Below, in pieces: positions 1 through 12,400 of a stretch of DNA of 64,000 nucleotides. Origin of the DNA: Eledone cirrhosa. Its lineage: Eukaryota. Both the position numbers and the translations under genes were made by a program. The notes below the pieces were generated by a model. It was not told the origin of the DNA. It saw nothing but the letters and a program-made list of their open reading frames with translations, and searched no databases. Position 1 is the stretch's first letter; every line of letters begins with the position of its first letter. The stretch spans positions 57,474,001 through 57,538,000 of the forward strand of contig OZ024741.1 in assembly GCA_964016885.1 (NCBI GenBank), written 5' to 3'.

Positions 1-425
1 TCTCTTGTTTATGTCCTGCATAAACAGAGATCCTGCTGCTCAGTGGTTCAACATGTGAACATCTGTACATTACTTAAATAGGTGAGGCTTGGACATAAGA
101 TTCTATCTCAGAAAGTCTCACCCAACCCATGTCAACATGGAAAGACATAAAATTGATGAATACTGAATTTCACAGAGGAGATGACAAAGGAAAGCAAGGA
201 GTAAAGCCAGGCTGTGCTGCAAGAGGACCTGTTTAATCTTTGCCAACATGGAAAGACATGTAGAATTGATGAATGCTGAACTTTAGAGAGGATGTGATGA
301 AGGAACGTAATAATTTAAGGCAAAGAACCCATTCAACTCATGCTAACATGAAAAAACAGATGTATGATGAAGATGATAATGTGAGGTTTATGATGGGAAT
401 CAGAGATTAAAGATTTTAAACTTAC

Positions 426-489
426 CTTCCACAGGTAATTCTCCTTCACCAACCCAGTATGTTCTGCTGGCATCACAATTTCTTCACTC
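426..489 (-). CDS. GBF1: GBF1 coding exon 20 ([21 protein letters not shown])
   Basis: 64 nt, phase 2 to 0, tttcag acceptor and gtaagt donor. Confidence 0.94.
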
Positions 490-3400
490 CTGAAATATTT
501 CAATATAATAAGCAGTTAAATATTGCCAAAATCACAATCAAAGAAACACAAACAAACTGCCTGCTACTACAACATCAACAACCACCAGTTACTAATACTA
601 CAACTGCTACTGTGACTACAACTAATGATAATGGTTTCTGATTTAGGCATAAGGCCAACAATTTGGGGGGAGGGAAAAGTCGATTAAATCGACCCCAGTG
701 CGTTACTGGTATTTTATTTTATTGACCCTGTAAGGATGAAAAGCAAAGCTAACCTTTGCGGGATTTGAACTCAGAATGTGAAAGGACATAACTTTATGCT
801 ACAAAGCATGTTGTCCAATGCTCTACCGATACTGCCAATAAACATAATAATAATTCAGCCATAGAAGCCTGCCTCAAAAATACTTGTCCTAATGCAAGGA
901 TGGAAATATGGAAAAGCAATGTTCATAATTTTATTGTTTATATTTATCTAAATAAATTTCCTCATAATTATATGTAAGAACCATTGTAATGTTCCAAATA
1001 ACAGGCTTAATAATTAGGAATTAGATATATTACAAAACCACCCCAAATTCTTGATTATTTTCAAAATTACTTGGATCATATAAGCAGCATCTTTCATTAG
1101 GAATTTACTCAGAGCAAATTACAACAGCTGGATGGCCTTCCTGATACCAACCCATCTATCAAATTCTCTCACAAAGCATTGGTCATCTTGTGGTTATAAC
1201 TCAAGACATATGCTCAAGGTCATGTAGCAGGACCAAACCTGGAACCACATACCTTAGAAGCAAACTTCTAAAGCCCACAGCCATGGCTGTGCAAAAAAAG
1301 GTTAAGAAGCTAATTGTACCATCAAATTGATTTGATTACCTACCGAATAGCATTATAAATATCTTCCAACATATCTTCATCAAAATCATTGCCCCCATTG
1401 GTCTTGGAGACATTTTTCTTAAATTCCTGAAATTAAAAATAGAAAACAACAAACAAAAATCAATATTCTGTGTCATATCATATTTTTCATTATGTTAATA
1501 TCATCTCAGGTATGTCTGAGGGGTTTAAAAGTTTACTTTGCAACTGATTGGTAGGTAGATAAATAGATAGACAGGTAGGAAGGTAGGTAGGTAGATAAAT
1601 AGATAGATAGGTAGACAGGTAAATAGGTATGCAGGTAGATATATCGATAAAGAGATGGGTAGGTAGATAGATAAATAGATAGCTAGATAGCTAGGTAGTT
1701 AGGTAGGTAGATAGATATATAGGTAGTAGATAGGTAGTTAGCTAGGTATACAGATAGGTAAAACGGTAGATAGTTAGGCAGGTAAGTAGATAGATAGACA
1801 GGAATACTTGTGAAATTAATGTCTAAATGGCTGAGCATTGTACAGATGTGTACCCTTAATGTAATTCTCAGGAAGATTTAGCAAGACACTATGTGTGACA
1901 AGGCTGGCCATTTGAATTACAGATACAATCCATCCAACAGGCCTCCTTTCAGTTTCTGTCAATCCAATTTCACTTACATGACTGTAGTAAATGACACTTG
2001 TCTATGATGCCAAACCTGGGACCTAATGATTGGGAAGCAAACTTCTTAACTAATTGGCTATGCTGAGAGACAGAGAGAGATATACTTACATCAACAGTCA
2101 TAGGTGTACTCTGTTTCTTAACATTGTGGTTGTGCTGGTCCACATTTAACATAATCACAGCGTAGGCTAGGGTAAATGCAGCATCGGAATGGGCAAAAGG
2201 TTCCCCATTGGTTTTCTGGAACAGATACATCAGACATTAGAATTCTGAACAGAAGCACAAAAAGAAACAATCATATTAACAACTTAATTTAAACCAGGGG
2301 TCATTGAGGTGATGTCTGTGGGCCTCAGACCATTGTTCAGTTTATATATATGATACAATATATGTAGGGCACTGAGATGTTCTCTGTGGGCCTGAGGCTT
2401 TTTCTATATGAGATACATTATATCTGGAGGCCATTGAAGTGTTCCCTGTGGGTTTCAAATATTTATAATTGTTTATATACAAGATGAAATAAAAAAAAAG
2501 TTACTAATCGTTGGCAATGTTGGATGCTTCCAGTTGTTATGGTATTCAGGAACTCAAAGTTCATGTTAGTAGTATCAGGCAAAATGAAAATGTGGCAAGT
2601 AAGAAGTACAGCACCTGACAGCAACTGAAATATCCAACAAACTCTCCCCAAACCATGCATGCAGTTCCCCTCTGCACACTTTTGTCTCTCTAACATCCGA
2701 CTCCATACCTCAATACTTACATGTAAATGTTCAACAATACAGTTAAATATATCATCATCATCATCATTTAACATCCATTTTCCCAGCAACCAAGGATTAA
2801 ACGGGTCGTTGCAGACCAAGCCGACACTCAAGTGGAGTTACTGACCTCTAATATAGACTGTGTGTGTGTCTCCATCTGCACTCCACAGGGTGCTGAAGCT
2901 GGCTGGGATCTCAATCACAAAATATTCCCTCACCCTACTGAGTACATTTTATCATGGTACAAACATTAGGGAGGTTGTAATATCTTAGACACAGCTGAAG
3001 ATTCCTCCTGTATCACCAACAACTTTACAGAGTGTACTGGGTGCATTTATCATGGAAGTCACTAATGTTAGAGAAATTGTCATGCCTTTAGGAGTAGTTT
3101 TACAGTAGTAAGTACTTCTTATTGCCAACCATCATACAGAGTGTATCATCATCATCATCATCATCTAATGTCCATTTTCTATGCTAGCATCTAGGTATAT
3201 TTGTTGTGGTACCACTCCAGAGCTAGGGAGGTTTTGGTCATTGATTCAAATGAAGAGCCTTCCTTACTCTATGGGAGGGTGGGAGAGAAAGAAGGGTGGT
3301 AAGCATGAGGTCATAGTCATATGACAAGTGTGACAATATATATATATATATGATGCAGTTATATCATCATCATCATCGTTTTTACGTCTGCTTTTCCATG

Positions 3401-6400
3401 TTTGCATGGGTTGGACGTGTCCTTTATAGAACATTGTAATATCTACATAGATGTCCCTCTCCTACATTTGATTATCTCAGGGTTCCAACATATTGAAAAT
3501 TAATATATGTATGGATATTTTCATTTATTTTATTTTAATTTCAACTTTTCCTTTCATTTTATTTTTTTTAGAATGATTATATAAATATGAATTCAATTCT
3601 ATGTACTGGTATCTTACTAAAATGATTTTAAAAATGTTTAATCGTCCCTTCTTTTGGTGAAAGGTACATAAAACTAATAAAATGGCATAATTCTCCCTAA
3701 ACCTTTGGCTGTATTATTATCTAGTATATAAAGTTATATATACAATATATAATGTTGTTATATATAAAATATAGAAACAATAGTTATACACACACAATAG
3801 AGTTATATACACCATGACAACAAAGACAGTAATGACCAATACTCACATGCCAATGCTCAGCAAACATTTCAATAATGTAGGATATTACAGGTGCCTCCCC
3901 AGGTAGACGGAATGTTTCTAAGTAGAGACGTAATGCTTCATCTAGTCGCGTGTCATTAAAGTTGAAAGATCTACAATAATAATAATAATAATTTCTTTTA
4001 TTGGCCATAAGAGCCCAAGACATTGGGGACAATACAAGGACAAAACACAACACAAAGGGTTTACATTGAGATGAATTGATGAATTACCATTGTTTTAACA
4101 ATGAGCATTCTAGTTTTTTGATCAATGGGACAGCCTGCTCATGAAATTAACATGTAAGTGACTGAGCATTCATTAGTACTCATTCAATCCCACTGCATGG
4201 CATCTTCGGCAAGTAACACTTACCATAGCCTTGGGTTGACCCATGCCTTGTGAGTGAAATTGGTTAGATAGAAACTGTTAGGAGTCAGTTGGACTATACT
4301 TGTAATTCAAACAGTCTCGTCCTGAATCTCCTTGAGAATTACATTAAGAATACCTGTGTCTGTGGAATGCTCAGTCACTTGCATATTAATTTCAAGGGCA
4401 GGTTGGTCCATTGATTGAATAACTGGAACATTCATCATCAAAACTGACAGATGATTGTGGCAATGCTATATAGAGAAGATAGTCTAAAATACATACTTGA
4501 CAAATGTTTCAAATATCTTGGCATTTTTCTTATTACTGATGTATTCTCCAATTTGTCTTTTATCTAGTTTAGGATTCTCCCTTAAAAAAGTGACAACCTC
4601 TCCTGCATCTAAAGGGGTTGAAAGGAGGCCCTGCTCCTGGAGGAAATGGATACCTTTCACAGGTTTCACATTAAATTGTTCTGTTCCACTCTGGTACATC
4701 TGAAAATTCATAAGTAAGAGAACAGTTAAAATAAATACAACTACAAGCGTTTTAAGGCCATCTTCCCACCTAAAGCAGGTGTAGTTAGCTTTGTGGAGCC
4801 CTATGACAAGTTTCTGCATTTTTCCATATTGTATTGTCTGTACCCTTCAACCCTTGATTTTCATTTCTTCCTCCATTATACCACCCCATATTTTTCTTAG
4901 TTTCCTCTTACTCTACTCAACCATTACATTCTATTTCTCTCCACAACATTCATCACTGACTATTTCCATCACTTCTCTCACCCAGTCACTTTCATCCTTC
5001 CTCAACACATGGCCAACTATCTAATTCCATTTCTCTTCGCAACAGCTATCACTGACTCTATTTTCATCACTTCTCTCGCCCAGTCATTTTATCCTTCCTC
5101 AACACATGACCCAACGATTTCATTCTATTTCTCTTCACAACATTCATCACTGACTATTTCCATCACTCCTCTCAACCAGTCACTTTATTCTTCCTCAACA
5201 CATGACCCAACAATTTCATTCCATTTCTCTTCACACCATTCATAACTGTCTCTATTTCTAATGATTGCAAAGATACTTTCTAAACCATGCTGAGTCCACT
5301 CTACTCTAGAAAGTGAATGTAAAATGATGAGAATGTAACATTTAAAGTGTAACATAATTAAAATGATATATGTAATAATGGTTAATAAAGTCTTTACCTT
5401 CTTTTTATGTTTCAGTGCAGCTAACTCCTCTGATGTGGGGACCTTTTCAGTAATTTTCATTCGATTTGGCCGGATTTGGGGTCCTTTTTGAATTTCTTTG
5501 GCTGGTTTTTGAGGCCAAGTAGGCTCTGATAAGAAATTTGGAATTTATTACCAGCCATGACAAAACATTAAAAAGAAGAAGTATTGTATATAATATTCCA
5601 CAATAACAGAACAGTGTACCTTTCAACAGCCACAGAATAGAACATGGGTGCCTTTCAATAACTTCAGAACAGGGTACCCTTCAACAGCCACAGAACAGAG
5701 TATCTTTCAACAAGCACCGAACAGAATAGGGCATGTTTCAAAAACCGCATAACAGTTTTCCTTACAAGGTAGTATAGTGGCTTAAACATTACAGCATTGT
5801 GAAGGAACACAAGTGGAAGGAGGCTGTGAAAGAGGAAGACCAAGGAAAACTTGGGCAGAGGTGGTGAGAGCTGATCTGAAAACTCTGAACTGCAAAGAGG
5901 AAATGACAAAGGAATGCAAGGAATAGAGGGAAGCTGTGCTGGAGAGGACCTGTTCAACATTCATTGATTCAAGGAAATATACAGAAGTAAAAAGGATGAT
6001 GACTAATGATGGTAATAATGATAGTGATGATGAAAGTAATAATAATAGTGATGATAATGATAATGATGATAGTAATAGTGATGATGATGATGATAGTGTT
6101 GATAATAATGATTTCTACTATAGGCACAAGGCCAGCAATTTTGGGGAAGGAGAAAGTTGATTAAATCGACCCTAATGCATTACTGGTGCTTTATTTTATA
6201 CACCTCATAAGGATGAAAGGCAAAGCTAACCTCGGTGGGATTTGAACTCAGAACGTAAAGGGCCGCAACTCTATGCTGCAAAGCATGGTGTCCGACGCTC
6301 TACCGATACTTGCAATCCACCGCCATCATAGTGTTGATAATAATGATAAACAATGTAAAAAAAAAAAGCATGAAACCAACCTGCTGTAGTTTCTTTAGAT

Positions 6401-9400
6401 GTTAATATCTTTTGTCCAACTTCATAACCAGACGTGAGGGGCAGATCTACAACTTCTGGAGGAGTCGATGATTTCACACCTAATTCTGAGCTTTTCTCTG
6501 AAAGAATTGGAAAATACATAGGAATTATGTAGTTTTCAGTTCAGATTGGAATGGAATCGACCTTTGTGGCTTTTTAAAACAAGTGTTCCAATTGTTTGAT
6601 CAATGGGATGGCCTGCTAGTAAATTTCATGAGTATTCCACAGACACACATACCGTTAATGTTCTATAGGACACAGTATATGGCAAAGTTTTTCTCTTTGA
6701 ATTACAGTTACAGTTGATCTTTAATGGAATTCTCAGGGAAATTCAGTGTGACAGTGTGTGACAAGTCTGGTACAAGTACAGTCTATCTTGTGTTATATCA
6801 TAAGTGGTTGAGCATTCCACAGATATGTGCACTCGTAACACACTTCAAGGGTAGATTCAGCATGACACAGTGCATGATAAGGGTGGCCCTTTTGAATTAC
6901 AGGTACAGAACATCCGATGGATTTCTAAATAGTTTCTGTCTACAGAAATTCACTCACATGGTATGGACTGACCCAAGGTTATGATAAATGACACTTGCCC
7001 ATAGTGGGATCAAACTCAGGACCTAATAATTGTCAAGTGAACTCCTTAACCATTTGGCTATACTCAATTCCCATCGAATGCTATAAGTCTCCTCCAACAC
7101 AAACAGAAGCCCCCCCCCCCCCCCGACACAAAATAAACAACACAAATTGGTGACGACTGATGACTTTGATGACAATTGTTATGATGGTGATGATGGCAGT
7201 GGTGAGGTGCCAAAGTTAAAGTACTAACACCTACCATTGGTATTTGATGTAGTTTGCTGCTGTTCAGCATCAGTTGACTCACTGGTACTGATGGTGCTGG
7301 CTGCTGCTGCTGCCGCCGCTGCTGCTGCTGCTGCTGCTGCTTTGGTGGACAAAAGAATTCGGCTATGGCAGTGTTGTTCAATTGTATCAACAACAGTGAG
7401 GAGAGCATCCAGAGACAATAGGTGTGTAGTGAATATACCGGACACAGGGAAGGCATTCTACAAATTAATATAAACATTAATTAATTTAATAATTACATGA
7501 TTAGGTCTTAACATCCTGTTAGGAGGAAAATATTTAAAAACAAGTTTGTTAATTTAAATATTTATATCTTTACTAATATAAATATCTTCAGTAAAGACTT
7601 TTATTTTTCATGTGATGCAGTCATAGTGCAGTTTTGTACTTAAAAAAAAAATGTTTCTATTGATCTTTACGTTACTGATACTATCTGCTGGTCACAACAC
7701 CCAACAGAAAGAGGTGAAATTTGAACTGAGAATGCATACAGCTGGAAGAGATACCACAACTCTTTAATAATTCTGCCAAGCAACTGCACTTGAACATGTA
7801 CTTTATTTCATTGACTCTGAAAGGATAAAAGGCAAAGTTGACCTCAGTAGGATTTGAACTCAGTGCACTGCGATTCAGAACTTAATGTGTGTGTGTGTGT
7901 GTGTGTTAAGTATTTCCGTAGAAAAGGTAAAGGAAAGAAGAGTGCTCTATGCATAGTACAGAGATGTTTATTATGATAAACAACACAATATAATTATTCC
8001 ATTACCAAAGGTTTCAAGAAACTAGACGATCCTTACAGAAACATCCAGCCCATTCATCAGATGAAATAGATAACTATTTCATCTGATGAATGGTCTGGAC
8101 GTTTCTGTAAGAACCATCTAGTTTCTATAAATATCTATATACCTACTTTTGAAAGAAGTTTGGTAAGGTCCTCAAATAAGTTTGAGCAGTAGAGATCACA
8201 GTCATAATTTAGGAAAAGTTCAGTGACAAGTCCAGGAATTCTCCATAAGTGAACAACTGCTTCCAGGGAAATCTCACGCATTTCATATGGTATTCTGGGA
8301 GCTTCTGATACTATTATGTCACTTAGTTTGGTCAGGTACATCTAGATAAAAATAAATATAAAGAGAAATATTACTGTACTCATAAATTTAGCAAAGCCCT
8401 TCAAGATGTGTATGACAAAAAAAGAAGACGACTTAGAGTTGTATGACATAGATGATAACTTGAATTTCTTGCGTGACAACTTACTGCAGGCTACTGAAGA
8501 AACTCGTGGCTGGAGCAGAGCTTCAACCAGACAGAGAGTGACCTGGTGGTGGAACAGAACGGTAGATAGGGCCATTAGAGACAAAAGACTGGCATGGAAG
8601 GCTTGAAAAAATGGTGAGAGTAGAGAAGGATACACATCCGCTAGGAGAGAAGCTAGACGTCGGGTGTACTTAGCAAGCAGGAAGGCTGAGAGTAGGAGGT
8701 TTGCCAATGTTCTGCGACGGGAAGATCAGAGACGTGCGGTGTTCCACATTGCAAGGCAGTGTGTCAGTGCAAATCAGGATGTTGCTGGAGATGTGTCCGG
8801 AATGATGCCGGCGTACTTAGTGTCACGAATGATAAAAAAAAGGAAGCCTGCAAATGTCATTATGAGAGACTGATGAATGTGGAGAACGAATGGGAGAGAG
8901 AGAAATTATCCCCAGTAGACCCGACAGAGGGACCAGCTATTGAGATTGACGAATATAGGGTACAAGAGGCAATTAAGGAAATGAAGCATGGTAAGGCTGC
9001 TGGACCATCGGGGATAGTTGCTGAGATGCTGAAGGTATCAGGAGAAGTAGGCACTAAACTGGTTGCACGCATCTTCAATCAAGCTATATAAGGTGGTGTC
9101 ATACCCAAAGACTGGTGCAGCAGTATTCTCATAAATTGCTACAAAGGTAAAGGGGATGCTCTGGAGAGGAGCAATTATAGGGGCATAAAGCTGATGGATC
9201 AGGTTATGAAAGTGGCAGAGAGAATATTAGCGCAACTGATTAGAGAAAGGGTCAAATTAGATGAGATGGTGTTGTGCCTCGGAAAAGTACAACAGATGCC
9301 ATCTTCTTAGTGAGGCAACTACAAGAGAGGTTCTTAGAGAAGAATAAGCCACTATACTTAGCTTTTGTTGACCTAGAGAAGGCCTTTGATAGGGTACCCC

Positions 9401-12400
9401 GATCTGTCATCTGGTGGTCCCTAAGGAAACTAGGTGTAGAGGAATGGCTTGTGAGGACAGTGCAAGCTATGTACAGGGGTGCTGTCAGTAAAGTGTGAGT
9501 AGGAATGGAGTTTAGTGAGGAATTCCAGATACAAGTAGGTGTACATCAGGGTTCGGTCCTCAGCCCGCTCTTGTTCATTATAGTCCTCCAAGCTATAACA
9601 GAGGAGTTTAAGACTGGATGCCCATGGGAACTTCTCTATGCTGATGATCTGGTTCTTATAGCAGAATCAGTAGAGGAGCTAGAGAATAAATTCTGGCTAT
9701 GGAAACAGAAGTTGGAATCAAAGGGACTGAGAGTGAACATAGCTAAGACACAAAAGTGTTGGTAAGTAGAAGAGAGGACAATACTCTGATTCCATCAGAG
9801 AAATGGCAATGTTCGATATGTAGGAAAGGAACTGGCATAAATTCCATAAAATGTACGCAATGCAGATCTTGGGTACACGAGAGATGTAGTGGGATAGCAG
9901 GAAAACTAAAAGGTAGGGAAAACTATGTATGCAGTAGATCTACAGGTAAAGTCGGAGTAGTAATCGCAGTGATAGACACATTTTTTAAATGCAGGTGGGT
10001 TTTATAGAAGTGGTTGATAGCTTCCGGTACCTAGGTGATCAGATTAGCATGGGAGGGGGGTTTTCCGAGGCCATAGTATCTAGAATAAGGACGGGTTGGA
10101 AGAAGTTTAGGGAGCTGCTTCCTCTGTTGACAAAGAAGGGTTTCTCCCTGCATACGAAAGGACTTATATGATGCCTGTGTGAGATGCACGATGCTGCATG
10201 GTAGTGAGACATGGGCAGCAACTGCAGAGGATATGCGACGGTGGAGAGAAATGAAGCAAGCATGCTCCGTTGGATGTGCAATGTTAATGTATGTGAACAA
10301 CCAAGCATAGACGAGTTGAGAAAGAAACTGGGTATAAGAGGGATTAGTTGTGGTGTGCAGGAGAGAAGACTGAGATGGTATGGACATGTGATGCGCATGG
10401 AGGATGACCGCTGGGTAAAGAAGTGCCAAGAAATCCCAGTAGAAAGAAGACGCAGTAGAGGTTGACCACGAAAAACATGGGCGGAGGTGGTGAGAGCAGA
10501 TCCCAGATCGCTGAAACTCACAGAGGAGATGACGAACGACTGACAAGTGGAGAGATGCTGTGCTGAATAGGACCCGTCCCACCCTTACAAGCAGGGAAAA
10601 GCAGATGTAAAATGATGATGATGATCATGCAAAATTTGAATTTTTAATTCTATTTGATTTTAGCTAAAATTTATATGGAAGCTACTTTCGACAATGAATA
10701 AGTAATAATACTAATGTTTCTACACATCAAAACATTTCATACTACCAAAACACATAAAGCAGCATAGCTCTTATAAATATTACGACTTCCATACATCAGA
10801 ACATAATAGTATAGTAAAATTAATTTCCTCATTGTCAAACCCATGCTAGCATGGAAAATGGAAGTATGATGATGATGATGATGATGATTGTAATATTTTA
10901 TGTTCAGGATAATACTGTGATTCTGTTATCTGTGAAAAACTAGGGCAACCTTTACATGAGATACTTGGAAAAATCCAAATTTTGGGGAAGGGGAAAATTC
11001 AAATTTACCAACGCCAGTACTTTACTGGTACTTTATTTTATCAAACTTGGAAAGATGAAAGGCAAAGTTGACCTCAACAGGATTCAAACTCAGAATGCAG
11101 AAAGCGACCATCAAATACCGCAACATATTGTGTTCGATGACACTGTCTACATTCTCAATCCAAATGCAACGAGTTAAAGAAAATATTCACGTGATTGATC
11201 AATGTTGAATAAAATGAAAAATAATAATAATAGTGAAATTATTGTGTAAAGTGCTCAGGTGCACTACAACTCGTCAATATAGTACATAGAATAATACACA
11301 AATGTCAGGGAAGTACATGTGTGTATGTGTTAGCTGTTCTGTTGGCGGATCTCGGGAAGCATGGAGGCCTTAAAGGATGCAGTGTCTCGACAGCTAATAA
11401 CTGATGCAGGTAGTTTGTTCCATGCTTCAGCAACTCTGAGCGTGAAAAAATGTTTCCGAAAGTCATGGGAACTGTGCTGTTTTCTTACTTTGTGGGCATG
11501 TCCACGTGTGTTAGACACATGGAAATCGAAAAGGTACTCAGGGTTGTTGTTGGCAACATGGTTAACAATTTTGTGGGTGTTTACCAAGTCAGTTGCCAGG
11601 CGTCGGAGCTTCAATGAATCCATGCCCAGGGAAGCAAGGCGCTCAGAGTATGGTAGATGCCTGATGGAGGGTATTCGCTTGGTTGCACGTCTCTGAACAG
11701 TTTCCAGGAGGTCAATGTCCTGAGACTGGTGATGCAAATTCTAAGTGTGGTCGCACCATAGCTGTATACAGCCTTAAATAGATATCTGGAGAGCGGCTGA
11801 CAAAGGTCTTGCTGAGTGACGCTAAGACACCCTCGGCCCTCTTGACAATTTTAGAGACGTGCCTCTTCCAACGCAAATCGCTGCTGACCGTAATGCCCAG
11901 GTCACGTTCACAGGAAGACTTCTTGATATTAGTGCTGTGGAGGGAGTATGTGGACGCTGGGTTTTTACTCCCAAAATGCATGGTGGTGCACTTGTCCACA
12001 GCTAGCTTGAGTTGCCAGTCTGAGATCCACTGTTGCATTGTGTCCAGGTCAGACTGCAAGCAAGATCTATAGTGTTCAGGATCTGTCCTTTTTATCTCAA
12101 GGTACAGCTTGATGTCGTCTGCGTACTTTAGTACTGTGGCATTCCTTAAGTTGGCATCTATGTCATTAATATATGCCACAAACAAAAGGGGGCCAAGAAC
12201 AGATCCCTGAGGTACACCAGATGACATCTCATATGGTGAGGAATGCTGTCCCAGAACCGTGACTACCTCTCTTCGACTGAGAAGAACTGCATGTAACAAA
12301 TAAAATCTATGGGAAAGTTGATGAGTCAATGCAGCCTCATGATAGCCACCTAAAAGAGTTAAGCTGATCTGCATTTTTTACAATAACAGAAATGCACTGT

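Noticed and set aside
5936-6160. Asp/Asn-rich 74-aa ORF
   Set aside because: Translation of a (GAT/AAT)n repeat running into a SINE.
7064-7477. Poly-Gln/His ORF overlapping exon 13
   Set aside because: Alternative frame of the GCA repeat; exon phase and GBF1 homology fix the Ala frame.
10031-10582. Long minus-strand ORFs (183 and 160 aa), and similar ones at 27112-28242 and 40732-43925
   Set aside because: Antisense shadows of LINE coding sequence with no independent motifs.
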